Shown in pieces: positions 1-11,622 of a DNA stretch of 37,304 bases. The notes beneath the pieces were generated by a model. The model made no database searches, was not told the DNA's origin, and worked only from the letters and a program-made list of their open reading frames with translations. The first letter of the stretch is position 1. Every line of letters begins with the position of its first letter. The stretch is from Trypethelium eluteriae. Taxonomy: Eukaryota. The DNA is taken from the NCBI GenBank assembly GCA_051942245.1, contig JAVECL010000195.1, positions 1 to 37,304 of the forward strand. The letters are read 5' to 3'. Position numbers and translations under genes: made by a program.

Positions 1-1438
1 GATGGGGGAGGTGGCGGAGCTGAAGTCGCCGAAGTCGTCCATGGGTTGAACGATGGGTTGTGGTGTGGGCGCTTTGGGGGCCTTGGGAGGTGATTTAGGT
101 GGTGGATTGAAGAAGTTACCTCCACTACCGAAGCTTGACAACGTTGAGGTGCTCGGCTTGGCAGGTGGGGAAGTAAGACCGGAGAATGGAGAAGGTTTCT
201 TTGGTTGGGGCTGCTGAGGAGTAGCTGAGAAAGTAAGGCCACTGAATGCGTCATTCAAGCCTCCAAATGATGAAGCTTGTTGTGAGGTTTGAGCAGGTGG
301 AGGCTGCGGGTTGCCAAATGGACCGATGATGTTGTTTTGAGCAGACTGTTGAGGCTGTGATCGAGGTGCAGATGCATATAATGAAAGTATTGACTGTTTG
401 AGATCGGGTCTTGAAGGTACTGAGGAATTGGTTGGAGCAGAAGCTGCACTGCTTGGTCTAGCCGGCGAAGTAGACGCCGATCCCCCTAAGAAATCCAACC
501 CTAGAAGGGAGTCATTCTGCTTAGTAGGCTGCCTCGACAGCCCCGCATTTGGTGGTGGAAGAGCTCTTGCAAATGATGGTTCGGTTGTGTTCGGACGAGG
601 AGGTGCAGCTGGCTCTGGATCATCACCGAATAGATCGACAGGTGCCGTTGCTCTGCTTATTCGCGCGGACTGAGAGGGAGGGGCTGCTTTTTGTGACGAG
701 AGCTTTCCTATTTGCGCCCTCTTCTTTACGACACCCAGCGGCTATGTAGTATCAGTAGCTGATATAGCAATGCATTCATAAGGAGTATCGTACTATGTCC
801 TCATCACCCTCGGGCAACGTTGCAGGGTCAGGCATTGGGCCGTCCATGACCCATCTCTTCGATTCGTATTTGGTTCGTATGAAACTCTGGAGTTTGCTGG
901 CGCTATGTAAGTTTCTGCACTTCGGTTTCAAAGATCATTGAGCATACGCTTCGGAAGGTATATGTTCATTGGCAAGCTTCGCCTCCCAGTACCTGAATAT
1001 TTATGAGACTCCATTTCCCGATATGCTGGGGTATCACGAACATATTTGCTTTAGCATTACCCCAATGTATTATAGAGTCCAACTGTTCCTCTTTCCAGGA
1101 ATCAAGGTCGACAGATTTGACTCGGCTGATATGGGTACCCAATCCACGATGTATACCAGAGCAACTATTGCTTCGTCAGAAAGCAGTCAAAGTTTAGACT
1201 CGTATTCAGCTGGGATATACACACTGAATACAAATGATAACTCTTAGGTTCCAGCTTGCCCATCTGGGACCTACAGAAGCAATATCAGCGCTCGGCATAT
1301 CCAGCTTTCGGCTGCCGCATAAGACATACGGTTCGGTTTTTTGCAATCTGCACACTTTCTGGTTACATCCACCAGATCTTTCAGTATCTGCCTTTTCTCT
1401 TCTATTGGATCGGGTTCTGCATTCGCTTTCCGAGACAT
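1..1438 (-). CDS. AGE2: ArfGAP (Age2/SMAP-like) GTPase-activating protein; 3' end runs off the window
   Basis: Spliced model with exons 1438-1330, 1270-1225, 1164-1042, 992-948, 902-794 and 741-<1. It gives CADC-x17[26 protein letters not shown]...[14 protein letters not shown]...[11 protein letters not shown], followed by a P/S/Q-rich tail with DSLLGLDF and [12 protein letters not shown]. Introns are GT-AG, 45-60 nt. Confidence 0.9.
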
Positions 1439-1806
1439 GCTTCGATTTTGCGCAGTCCAGCTTTGCAGCTGTGAGTGTCAAGCCTGAAGAACAATACGCT
1501 CAGAAGAGGATTTTAGAGGATCGAGACGTGGATGTAGCTGCGTGCCGGGGTCGTGCCTGATGAAGGGTGGCACTGGTGGGTTGCGAACTGAGTGGGCAGC
1601 AGTAATTAGCAGTCTAATGGCGTGGCCCGTTCGGGCCACACCATCACCGAGAAATGTATCTACAGAGTACGGTGTACGGAGGTACCTATAGCTCAGGATA
1701 GTTGAGCCCTATCAATTTTTTGTAAAAGCCGCCCAAAATTCGGCTGAATACTAGTAGCTTTTTCTTTATGCCAAGACTGGTTCCAGAACCAAAATCAACT
1801 CAATTT

Positions 1807-4089
1807 TCATTCCGAGACGGATATCTTTACAATAATTGCGTCAAGTTCAGGAGACGGAGTATTTGAGCTTAGACACGCCATCGCTGTTTTGAGACAGCAA
1901 TCAATACATTCATCTTCAAAGAACAACCTCTTGAGAACTGTACCGGCGGCGGCAAAAGCCCAGCCTCGTACAATATCTACGTCGACCAATGCAATCCTGA
2001 ATCTCGCAAGCTGGTAGATGGTCAGACCGTGTGCCTCTCTGGTTACCACGGCCTGTTCAGCGATACGTGGGCATCCTCGCCCTTCACATACAATGCGTCC
2101 TTTGGCAGAGGCATATGCACTAATTGCTTCAGCTGGTGGTATAGACCATGGAAAAGTGATCTTGCTGATCGGGTCAACCCCCCGGAGGCCTAGCTTAAGA
2201 CCAAGATCAGTCTCTCTCACCCAAAGCGAGAGGTCCTCAAATGTATTGGGGCCCGGCATATAGAATGCATCCTTCCAATCGCGAGGACCGCTTCCGTCCA
2301 TGTCTGAAATCATTCGATGCCTTTTACCATTGAGTTCAATCCACCCGGGAACCACCGTCATCCGAGAAGCGAGACAACCGCTGGAGACTTTGCCGAGTGC
2401 CGCCCAATATGCACATATTCCGTTGCTATTTACTGCGCTGACTTCCTGATCCAGCATCGTCCGTGTTTTACGTGGCCTACCACTGAATAACGTCAAGGCA
2501 TCCCATAGAGGGTCTATTTCCCATGATATGGATTCCAATACAAAGGCGATAGTACCAAGCTCTTCATATTTTTTAGCTATGCTCGTATTAGGACGATCAT
2601 CCAAGTCTCGGCGCAGGACAAACTGTCGAGCATAATATGCCTCGAAGCCTAATCGAGTGGGAGAAAGCGGAATTGGAAGGTCCATGAGGGAGACGATGCA
2701 GCTGATAGAGAAAATCACTTCAAGGATTAGTACGAGGCAATACGACTCTTGCACTGCCACAATTCCCTGGCATATCTTGCAATTGCATGCAGTCTTCAAT
2801 GCAATTACGTATGCTTCATATTGCGAAAGTGCGGAAGAGGTGTCTTTTCGCACTTCACCCTCCATGATGTCTCGATATGAAGCTAATTCTGGAAAGAGAT
2901 CATTTAATTTGGCAATAAGTCCCTTTCCGTATGATTCTGCGTGATCGTATCGCCAGGGCCCCTTAGTATAAGAGGTAAAGTTAACTTCGCCAGTGGAGAT
3001 CGACTTCACTATCCTCGCCAGGCTCCCAATACCTCCAGCAAGAGCTTGACGGTTGGATAGTAGTGTCTTAAAGTCGGTTCCGAATACCGAATAGAGCGCA
3101 TTTCTCCATGGGATACGACCAGCGACAGATGCGGTTCCGTAGACAGCAGAGTTATCACCTTGAATCATCACTGTGGCGTCTACTAATCTGTAAGTCCTTC
3201 CAGTAGTCTGAATGTCTGTCGTCACACAGTCTAGTCGATCCTCAAAAATTATTTCTAACTGTGCGGCTCCACTGTCTTTTCCAATTGGGTATAAGGTTGT
3301 TCCTGTGCTTGCGAGACTTATATGGACCGACAGTTGAAAGAACCATTCAGCAAAGGCAGCCAGCCAGCCGGCATCAGCGCCTCCGATAATTGTCACGGAG
3401 GCGAGCTCTCCTCGAGTGACTTGAGCGATAGCGAGAAGGGCTCTAGCTAGACTCTCTGGGCTAGAGCAACCTCTCTGAGTCTCAAGGGGTCCTTGCAAGG
3501 GCTCGTAGCTGAGTCCTCGTCGAAAGGGATGGAGAGAGATGTATTTCTCCGCCAGCTCTGGAAATGAAGTCACGGACAGAATTCCAGCACAAGCATCCAG
3601 CAGAGCCATCCATTCGAATATTGAAGGGAGGAGATTATCTGGAGCTTTACTCGTCTTGGCGATTTCAAGAAGCACTTCTGCGGCGATATTGTTCTGATGT
3701 ATTTCTGAGATAGATGCGCAAAGTGCCAAGCATAGTTGACCCTCTTCTGTCTTACCCATTTCTCGTACCAGATGGTCTATTCCGAAGCCGAACCAGAGTA
3801 TTTTGCCGATCGAAGCGAAAGATTGAAGTTTTGTCAAAGCATCAAGGATTTTTTGTCGACCAGCGACGGTCATGTGAAACAGGGAGCCCAGCTTTTGGCC
3901 TACGATAATGGTGTAGGGAGCGACACCGGCTGCCGATATTCTTGAAAGAACATCAAGTGTGGTGCTGAAACTCATTTTGGCAAGGGAGGTCCAACTTATT
4001 TGGCCCGATGTGGAAAATTGGCTGCCTGTAGCCAAGGCTTGGTTCGGAACCGAAGAGGACCCATCTCCAATAGAGGATGTGTTTGACAT
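1807..4089 (-). CDS. Uncharacterised 760-aa fungal protein (intronless)
   Basis: Long uninterrupted ATG-TGA ORF. The N-terminus has GQISW...LSRISAAGV...LWFGFG, and there are Cys clusters CNCKIC, CEGRGC and CIDCC. Confidence 0.85.
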   Translation of the reverse strand: MSNTSSIGDGSSSVPNQALATGSQFSTSGQISWTSLAKMSFSTTLDVLSRISAAGVAPYTIIVGQKLGSLFHMTVAGRQKILDALTKLQSFASIGKILWFGFGIDHLVREMGKTEEGQLCLALCASISEIHQNNIAAEVLLEIAKTSKAPDNLLPSIFEWMALLDACAGILSVTSFPELAEKYISLHPFRRGLSYEPLQGPLETQRGCSSPESLARALLAIAQVTRGELASVTIIGGADAGWLAAFAEWFFQLSVHISLASTGTTLYPIGKDSGAAQLEIIFEDRLDCVTTDIQTTGRTYRLVDATVMIQGDNSAVYGTASVAGRIPWRNALYSVFGTDFKTLLSNRQALAGGIGSLARIVKSISTGEVNFTSYTKGPWRYDHAESYGKGLIAKLNDLFPELASYRDIMEGEVRKDTSSALSQYEAYVIALKTACNCKICQGIVAVQESYCLVLILEVIFSISCIVSLMDLPIPLSPTRLGFEAYYARQFVLRRDLDDRPNTSIAKKYEELGTIAFVLESISWEIDPLWDALTLFSGRPRKTRTMLDQEVSAVNSNGICAYWAALGKVSSGCLASRMTVVPGWIELNGKRHRMISDMDGSGPRDWKDAFYMPGPNTFEDLSLWVRETDLGLKLGLRGVDPISKITFPWSIPPAEAISAYASAKGRIVCEGRGCPRIAEQAVVTREAHGLTIYQLARFRIALVDVDIVRGWAFAAAGTVLKRLFFEDECIDCCLKTAMACLSSNTPSPELDAIIVKISVSE

Positions 4090-5788
4090 CCTGAATCCAC
4101 AGATAATAACAAGTAAGACTCTCTTCGGAGAGATAATGGAAGCCCCTTTTCTTTGCTGAAGTTGGACGGAACTTAAGAGCTGTCAAGGCACGAATCTGAA
4201 CAGGCAGCCGGGAAAAGGTGCGGCGGTACATCTGAAAAAAGAAACGGGAGTGGCACGGGTCTGTCTCGTGTACCACCAGGCTGGGGTCACCTACGTATTC
4301 TAACGCCTTGCGTTGCCCTGCATGGTTTCAGAAGATATTGGTGGTTTGAACCGCCTGGCGTAATTAGTAGATGACAGCCTATCATGAAAAAATTCCAGGA
4401 GACAGCTCATTCGGTTTGTGAGTATTATTTCTGGGATCGGGGTATCTTGGACGATAGGTCTTTCCAAACATGCTTTCTTTCAGATTCTCACCTTCAATTT
4501 GCAGAAGCGCAGAGCATTTGGTGCACTCTAGGTTAGCTTCGTAAATTGACGTACATACAGAAACGTCAGGAGCAGACATTCCAATTCTAACCCTTATCCG
4601 TCAGTTAGCTCGAAGCAGTCGTTGCTCTTTACCTTTTCGTAGTCGTACCAGTAGGTAGCGAAAGAGCAGTAACAACGAACAGAAGTACAGCCTCCTGCTG
4701 TGATAAAAGGCTCTGCAGTAACCTAAAGCGATGCCTGTTACGCTCTTGTAAGGCAGTCTATGTAGCCGCTGGTCGGATAGGTACGTTGGATAGCATAGGT
4801 TGATGTAACAAATAATGGAGTAGCGGGGTTCTCTCCGATCGCTCACTCATTCTCTTCAATCCCATCACGTCCGTTGAGAGCCAGGCACGCTAGGCTACCT
4901 AGGCATGGCACAATGTAGACACCAGCCAATTAATATGGATAAGCAGTGCCGACAGCTTCTTACTCTAGCATCAGTGAAGTGATGTATGAGGAGACCTTGA
5001 TTAATGTCAGTAGTAATTCGCCCGCTGTTAGTTCACTCTTGTCCAACCCGAGAAGTGAGCATACATCCAGAGAACAGCTCTGTGCATGCCAACAGACTGC
5101 AACGAAGGACCTTTGCAGACTAGGGATTGCGGTGGAGGTTGTTTTTGGAAGCCCAGGAGGAGGCTTGCAGATCAACCCCTTCGAAAAACTTTACATTCAT
5201 TTCGAAACATCATCTCCCACCTTGCTTCTGAGTGAGAGGTCTACAGGTGTTGCAATTTGAAGGAGGCAAAGCATAGGTGCCGCTCGAGGATACCACTGAA
5301 ACACATTAGATCAATGTGCACAGATCAGCATCTCGCACGCTCTTATTCCAAAACTCGTGCTGAAAGCTATATGAGCTCCAAAGCTATGTATACCGGACAC
5401 GCCTAAGCTCTGCAATTTCAGCTCTCCGCCTTTTGAAGTCGCGACGCAATAGATATCGTGTATCCTGAATCAAGTAAGAAGGGACTCCAAAATGAGCAGC
5501 GAAGAATTGAGAAGGCACCAATGTTGGGCAAGACCACGCTCTTCAGCAACGAATATCCAAAGAACTTCTGTAGTCGAGCCCGAGTAGTAATTCAGAGGCC
5601 GAATGGAGGGAAGAGAGATATGTTGATGTATCGAATAAGTGGTAATTCTTTGACTGTCATCGTTCCTATACCATCTGTGTGCAATCAGCGCATTGTGCAC
5701 AACAAGTGTCGGGGTAATCAGGTGATGAAAAGGCTTCTTTTGCCATGCACCCGAACGCCACAGCTCAGCCTTATTTCTCACGCCTCAA

Positions 5789-6794
5789 TCATTCATCCTC
5801 CAAGGCCTGGTAATTGTGTCTAGTTCTGGCAGCATCTTTGCGCATAGGTTTGCCAGAGCCCGTGAATCCAACTGCAGCAGCATTAGCACTATCATATGTG
5901 GTATGGTCAGTTATATTACCCCGAGCATTGTAATCATCAGACACACGAAACATGCTGTCCTTCTTCATAGCCTTGTTGCCTTGTTTCCCCTTCATGCCCT
6001 GAAAATCTTGCCACTTGCTCTTGGAAGACTCGAGATCCTTGTTTCGCTTCATTGTACGGGACTTCTTCGTAGGCTTCGACGGGCCATCGTTCAATTTGCT
6101 TGGTTCCTTCCTCACTTGATTGGCAAGATTTGGATCGATATCTGCCGCAGCTGAAATGACGCTAGAGGAACCTGGAGTCGCGGGACCTGCTGGCATAACA
6201 GGCGAACCATCAGCTTTGCGCTTCTTAGACTCATTTGCAAGAGGGATAATATCTTTGAGTTCCACAGTGTCCGTATTGCCGTAGCCGAGGAAGAGGACCA
6301 TGAACTTTGGGGCGGAGGAAGAGCCGGTGATGGAAGTGATTTTGGCTTGATAGAGCTTATGATCGCCAGACCAACGTGCCATGACGATGTCGTTGACTTT
6401 CCACGCCACTGTACCTCGCGACTCTTCCGCAGAAGCTGGCGCGGCGGCGGCAGCCGCTTTACGAAACTCTTCTTGAAACTTGGGATGATTCGCTTTGGAC
6501 CATTTCTCGGGAGGTGGCGAAGTTGTTCGCCGGCGAGCTGCTTGAGCTTTCTTCTCAGCCTCTTTCTCTTCCGCAGCTGCAAGTTCCTTCTCTAACTCTG
6601 CAATAAGCTCTTGATAGGACGCAACGAGTTGCTGCTGTCCTTCATTGTCCGGATCGTAGCGCAGCGATCCTTCTGCTTGTTCGAGCTATAGAAGGTGCCT
6701 TGTCAGTGATAGCTAAAGTAAGCTCCGTGGGGAAGTCTACCTCTGACTTATATATTTTGACCTCAGCCGAGATGGTTTCCACGTCCCGATCCAT
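5789..6794 (-). CDS. SPF30: Splicing factor SPF30/SMNDC1 (Tudor domain)
   Basis: ATG at 6794, intron at about 6741-6686, coiled-coil N-terminus, and Tudor domain WKVNDIVMARWSGDHKLYQAKITSITG...FLGYGNTDTV. The C-terminus KDSMFR...RVGFTGSGKPM appears after removing intron 5919-5872. Confidence 0.92.
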
Positions 6795-7072
6795 TTTTAC
6801 TCCGTGACCAATCGACCACACAGGATTCCCGGCTGGGGTTGTGTGTCACCGAAGTCGTCGCCGGGGACTGAAGGAGTCAAGATTACGGCGCGCCGCTTGT
6901 TGTGACTGACCACAGATAACACGACCCTTGAACCGCAGGTGGCTACACTAATTAGCGCAAACAGGCACAGATATCATGGGAGGGTGCGGTGCAATCGCGG
7001 TGTCCGCAATGTCACTTTTGGACCAAGAGATTAGGTATTAGCGTGGGTAGGTACGCGCTTAGCGCGGAAAGG

Positions 7073-7079
7073 TTACTAA
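7073..7079 (+). promoter_or_regulatory. Yap1 response element TTACTAA upstream of YAP1
   Basis: Exact match to the canonical YRE in the SPF30/YAP1 divergent promoter. A single 7-mer can occur by chance. Confidence 0.35.
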
Positions 7080-7892
7080 GGTACAGTACCTTATAGCGGT
7101 GCGTGAGAGGTAAGATCACGTGGCAGACAGCTGGGGCCAGGCAGCCAGGCAGCCGTGACAGCCAGGAGGGTGACGTTTGTTGGACCCTGAAAGGCTGAAT
7201 TGTTGAAGTGGGGGGGATGATCAAGGTCCAGCCATCAATTAAATTAATTCATCCATCAGGTGCATCACGTATCCTTCTCCACAATCTCAGCAATCCCCTC
7301 ACTCTTTTATCGCAAGATCTTGGCTGATCACTGCATCTGTCTATCTGCCAGCTGCGAGATTGAACTCACTCTCTCACCCTCTGCTCGTGTGTTTCAGCTA
7401 AACGGTGTAAAGTTTGGCAGGTTGTTTAGGGAAGTCGCCGAAGGATCTCCCTCTATCGCCGCCCTAAGCGGCACGAGAACCAGCAGAACCCTGGAGGCCC
7501 TGGTGGCTGATTTATCAGCATCCGCCGCATCGCCGTATCCCACCCTGCCACTCTGCCCACCAAAGAACCTCGTTGCAACTCTGCCTCCGCCAGCCTCCGC
7601 TTCCGCTTCTCTATCGCAGACCTATCCTTGTGTCACGCTCTACGTCGGCTTGAGCAACCAATCATTCTCTTCAGACCTGAGCTAGCCCGTCGCTGCCTCA
7701 AGCTTGCCAAGCAACCCGAGTCTGGCTTGGTCTTTCCCTACTTTGTGGCATCTTCTGACAAGCTATCTTCGCCGGTCTTCTGTGACGCCGTTCCAACTTT
7801 CCGACTCCGCTTCACTTATCTCATCATCGTCAATTGCGAGGGCAGTCGAATTCGCTTGTCAAACGCTTTCGGCCTTTTGACCCACTCGTTCC

Positions 7893-7913
7893 ATGATCCC
7901 AGTGCTTCATTGA
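7893..7913 (+). promoter_or_regulatory. uORF (MIPVLH*) in the predicted YAP1 5' leader
   Basis: ATG ATC CCA GTG CTT CAT TGA. This is the only ATG between 7220 and the UTR-intron donor at 7916. Confidence 0.55.
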
Positions 7914-7915
7914 AG

Positions 7916-8055
7916 GTATGAACTGCCTATCCTAGCTTGCGTCCGTGCTATGCAGATCTAGTCTCGTCAGCGGAGTCACTGCTGTGATGATTTTGCCACT
8001 GCTTACACCTAGAGCCAACTTTGGAATCATGAAGACTGACCCTGTGCGAATGTAG
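7916..8055 (+). other. Predicted 5'-UTR intron of YAP1
   Basis: AAG|GTATGA donor, GACTGAC branch point, and TGTAG acceptor 53 nt before the ATG. Confidence 0.65.
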
Positions 8056-8108
8056 TCTTGCTCGGCTTCATCCGCGTTCCCAACTGTCCAATTGCTCACT
8101 CTAGGGAA

Positions 8109-10249
8109 ATGGCCGGCACGGCAAACAAGAACACAAACAAGAACTCCATCAAGCAGGACGAGTTCAATCCATATCTCTCTCCTACGCAGCAGGATCTACT
8201 CATCGCTGCCTTGGCCTCAAGCAATACTACAGGCAAAGGGAATACTTATCCCCCAGCGGGCATCAAAAAGACAGGAGCGACCACTCCTGGAGAAAACCTG
8301 AACATGAATGATATCAACTCCTCATATTTTACGTCGCCTGAGCAGCCAACGCCTGGCTCCGGTCACTTTGGGTCGATCGGGATGGAGGATAGCCCATTCA
8401 TCGATTACCTTGAGGCTGACGCCAATTTTGATCTTGAGCCTATTGAAGGTGATGATATGATTGGTGCCCTGCCGGGGGATCCTTCCTCGGCTGAGCTGGA
8501 CGGGGATCTCCATGATAAACGCAAGAGTATTGGCGACAATGTGGATGACGAAGAAGGTGGGGGTAAACGACGGGAAGGTGACGATAAAACAGCCAAGAAG
8601 CCCGGTCGCAAACCTCTTACTTCGGAGCCTACGACTGTAAGGTTCACGTTATGCGGTCCAACGCTGCAATGCTAACTCGGCCATAGAAACGCAAAGCGCA
8701 GAATCGGGCTGCTCAGCGAGCATTTAGGGAGCGAAAGGAGAAGCATCTCAAAGACCTTGAGACTAAAGTCGGTGAATTGGAGAAGGAGTCCGAGACGAGG
8801 AATCATGAGAATGGATTGCTACGAGCTCAGGTAGCACGCTTACAGATCGAGCTCAGGGAATACAGGAAGCGGCTGTCTCTGAATAGTACCGCGCTGAATC
8901 GCTCGCCACCTTCGAGTAATTCGTCAAATCTTCTTCAGCATAAGAAAACCAGCAGCACGAGCAACGGCTTCGAATTTGAATTCCCGCGATTTGGCAATAT
9001 ACCTGGATCGCATATTTTCAACAATGGCGCTCTTGGAAAAGAATCAAACAAAAGTTCCACGCAGGCCAGGTCGTCTTCAGCGTCCAATGCATCTTCTGCT
9101 AATGGCGTGCTATCTCGCCATGACAGTGCCGGTCGCAGCCTGAGCCCCAAGAGCCAGGCAAATCAGTCGCCTCCGATGTCTAACGGCTTTACTGCCAATA
9201 ACCTGCAACTTGGTGCCAGGATGAATGGCCTTGATGATCTTGCCGGTCTGTTTAGCCCGTCGATCCTCAAGGCCGACAACCCCTTCGAGCAGGGCTTATC
9301 CTCCAACGTCAATGGCAATAGGCAACAAGACAACAGCAGCAGCAGTGAGAACAGCATTGGACAGAGCAATCGTGTCTTCCGTTTCAACTCTACCCCATCC
9401 AATACTGCCTCGCCTTCGGACTCATCCGCTTCTCAGTATAACGCGAATTCGTCTTGCGGTACTTCACCAGAACCCAGTCACAATTCTCCGGGGAACGTCA
9501 AGTCTAATGATATTGTCACGGGGGATGCAACAACTGGTAGCTACGTCTGCCACGGAAATTCGGAAGGTGAGGTTGCCTTCTGCGAGATGCTTAATATGGC
9601 CTGTGGCAATCCCAAGAATCCTGTACCTCGTGCCAAATCAATATCTAACGGCACCTCAGCGCCTCAAAGCTCATCCAATCTCAACACTTCGACGATAGCG
9701 AATGGTCTTCCGTCTACCACTGCAAAATCCCCAACGGCCGAGATCAATGGCATTGACTGGCTTGCCAACCAGAACGGTGGTCAGTTTGATCCAACGCTGT
9801 TTGGCGATTATCGGGAGAGCCAAGACGCAATTGTTGGTGGAGGCGATTTCACCGGAGGCTTCTTCTCCGATGCCTTCAACTTGCCTGACTTTGGAAGCCC
9901 ATCTCTTTTCGGCCAAGATGTAAGCCAGAAGAATTTGATGCATGAAATCGAAAAGGCCCAAAATGGCATGGATGACGAGGAGGTGGTACCTGGCGAAGAC
10001 ACAAGCCAGATGATGAGCTGCAACAAAATCTGGTACGTTTCTCTGCTCTTGAACCACGCTGTGCAACTCTCGCTAATGTAGCCCTCTAGGAACCAACTTC
10101 AAGATCGATCTGATTTCCAGGAAGGCAGTTTCGATATTGAAGGTCTCTGCTCCGAACTTCGTGCCAAAGCCCGCTGCTCAGAGACGGGCGTTGTGGTTGA
10201 CCAGAAAGACGTCGATGCGGCGCTTAAGAGGATACCTCAAAAGAACTAG
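8109..10249 (+). CDS. YAP1: AP-1-like redox-regulated bZIP transcription factor (Yap1/Pap1/NapA)
   Basis: Exons 8109-8636, 8687-10032 and 10090-10249. The basic region is KPGRKPLTSEPTTKRKAQNRAAQRAFRERKEKHLKDLE. The Cys-rich domains are FCEMLNMACGNP and CNKIW...LCSELRAKARCSE. Confidence 0.97.
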
Positions 10250-11622
10250 GCGACTTCGGTTTCCCCCCCACAACGACAATCTGGTATTTCTCACTGGCGC
10301 ACTGACCTGGAATCCGGAAATGTGAAAATTGATGTAACGGTGGCTCACACTTCCAATGACTGTATGGCGATCTATGGAGTTATGTGTTGAAATGCGCCAA
10401 AATATGGCAGCTTTTCAACTTGAGGTTACTACTATCTTCAAAATACTGGAAATCCAGACACGGGCTTGGAGAACAGTTTCGCGAAGAACAACATTCCTTT
10501 GGCAAATATTTGATGATATCTCATAATTCGTGGGCAACTCTGCAAGGTGCATTAAAATATAGTGCAAGTGCTCAGGCCGATGGCTTCTGAGGCACCTTGC
10601 AGCTTGCAGGAATGAACGCCATTTTCCTATTAAGCAGTCTCCGAGTTAATGGAAGTAGAGAAGCTATTTCCCCCATAAAACTGTCCACTAGCTAAGCACA
10701 ATCTGGTCAAGTAGTCTCAATTTTGATCTCCAACTCAATCCACACTATTTTGAACAATTGCAGTCCGGCCTTCGGATATTCACTTGTTTCTACAGGCTGC
10801 TGGTTCTGCAGATCAATGCACCGCTCGAAAGTCTCGCCAGATTAAAACCTAATATCGTCCTCTCAGCCAAAAATAATTTCCTTCTGCCATTGCGCCCTTA
10901 ACCACTTTCCTATTCCTCAAATGTTCGAATAAGCAAATCCCCGCTTACCACTATCTTCGGCAACGACGGAACGCCATATTCCCGTTATGGCCTCTGGGCT
11001 TTACCTTCTCTATCCAATAACCATTCTTCACACTCAACTAGTTCTTCCACGACATCCCTATCGCAACCGGCATCCTCTTGATCTCCATAAAACCTTGCCT
11101 ATAGTACAGACACATAATAGTACGACCTTCCACTACCCTCCTTCCCCCTGCTACAGATGCCTTGGGCCGTGATCACGGTGCCGATTTTGCTGTGAAGGGG
11201 TTTTGCAATCTTTGTGGGCCAGCCAGCACATTGTAAGGCATCTCCCCACCGGAGAGGAGCCCCCAATTTCCCCATCGTAGGTTTCACAACTTCACAGCGA
11301 AAATTCTCGAGGTATTGACTACTGACAAGTACCTAGAAGAAGAGAAGGGGGCCAAAGAGAGGACCCGGACAAAGTCTTCAGCCATCTTCCAAAGTCATCC
11401 AGGTTCGCCCCAATACGCCTACAATGTGTCCGCCACTGCTGCTATTTCGCACTATATTGCAGTAAGGTAGTACATCGAGTCAAGGCAATGTGGTACGAAA
11501 GTTTAAGCAATGCTCCCAATTCTCCTATCTGCGACTAATTTTCAGAAGCCCGTTGGTCCGCTATGGAAGATTCTTCTTTCAACGTAAAAGCGCCAATACT
11601 TCCAATATCCATGGACCACAGT

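Noticed and set aside
1225..1270. ArfGAP substitutions (NLR for NLG, CIHC for CIRC) as inactivation
   Set aside because: All four Zn-binding Cys and the catalytic Arg in GIHR are retained, and the frame is intact.
1685..1760. tRNA-like TAGCTCAG...GAGC D-arm
   Set aside because: No acceptor stem, anticodon arm or proper T-arm/B-box.
7260..7921. ORFs 7260-7685 and 7628-7921 as genes
   Set aside because: Non-ATG starts and low-complexity translations; better explained as the YAP1 leader.
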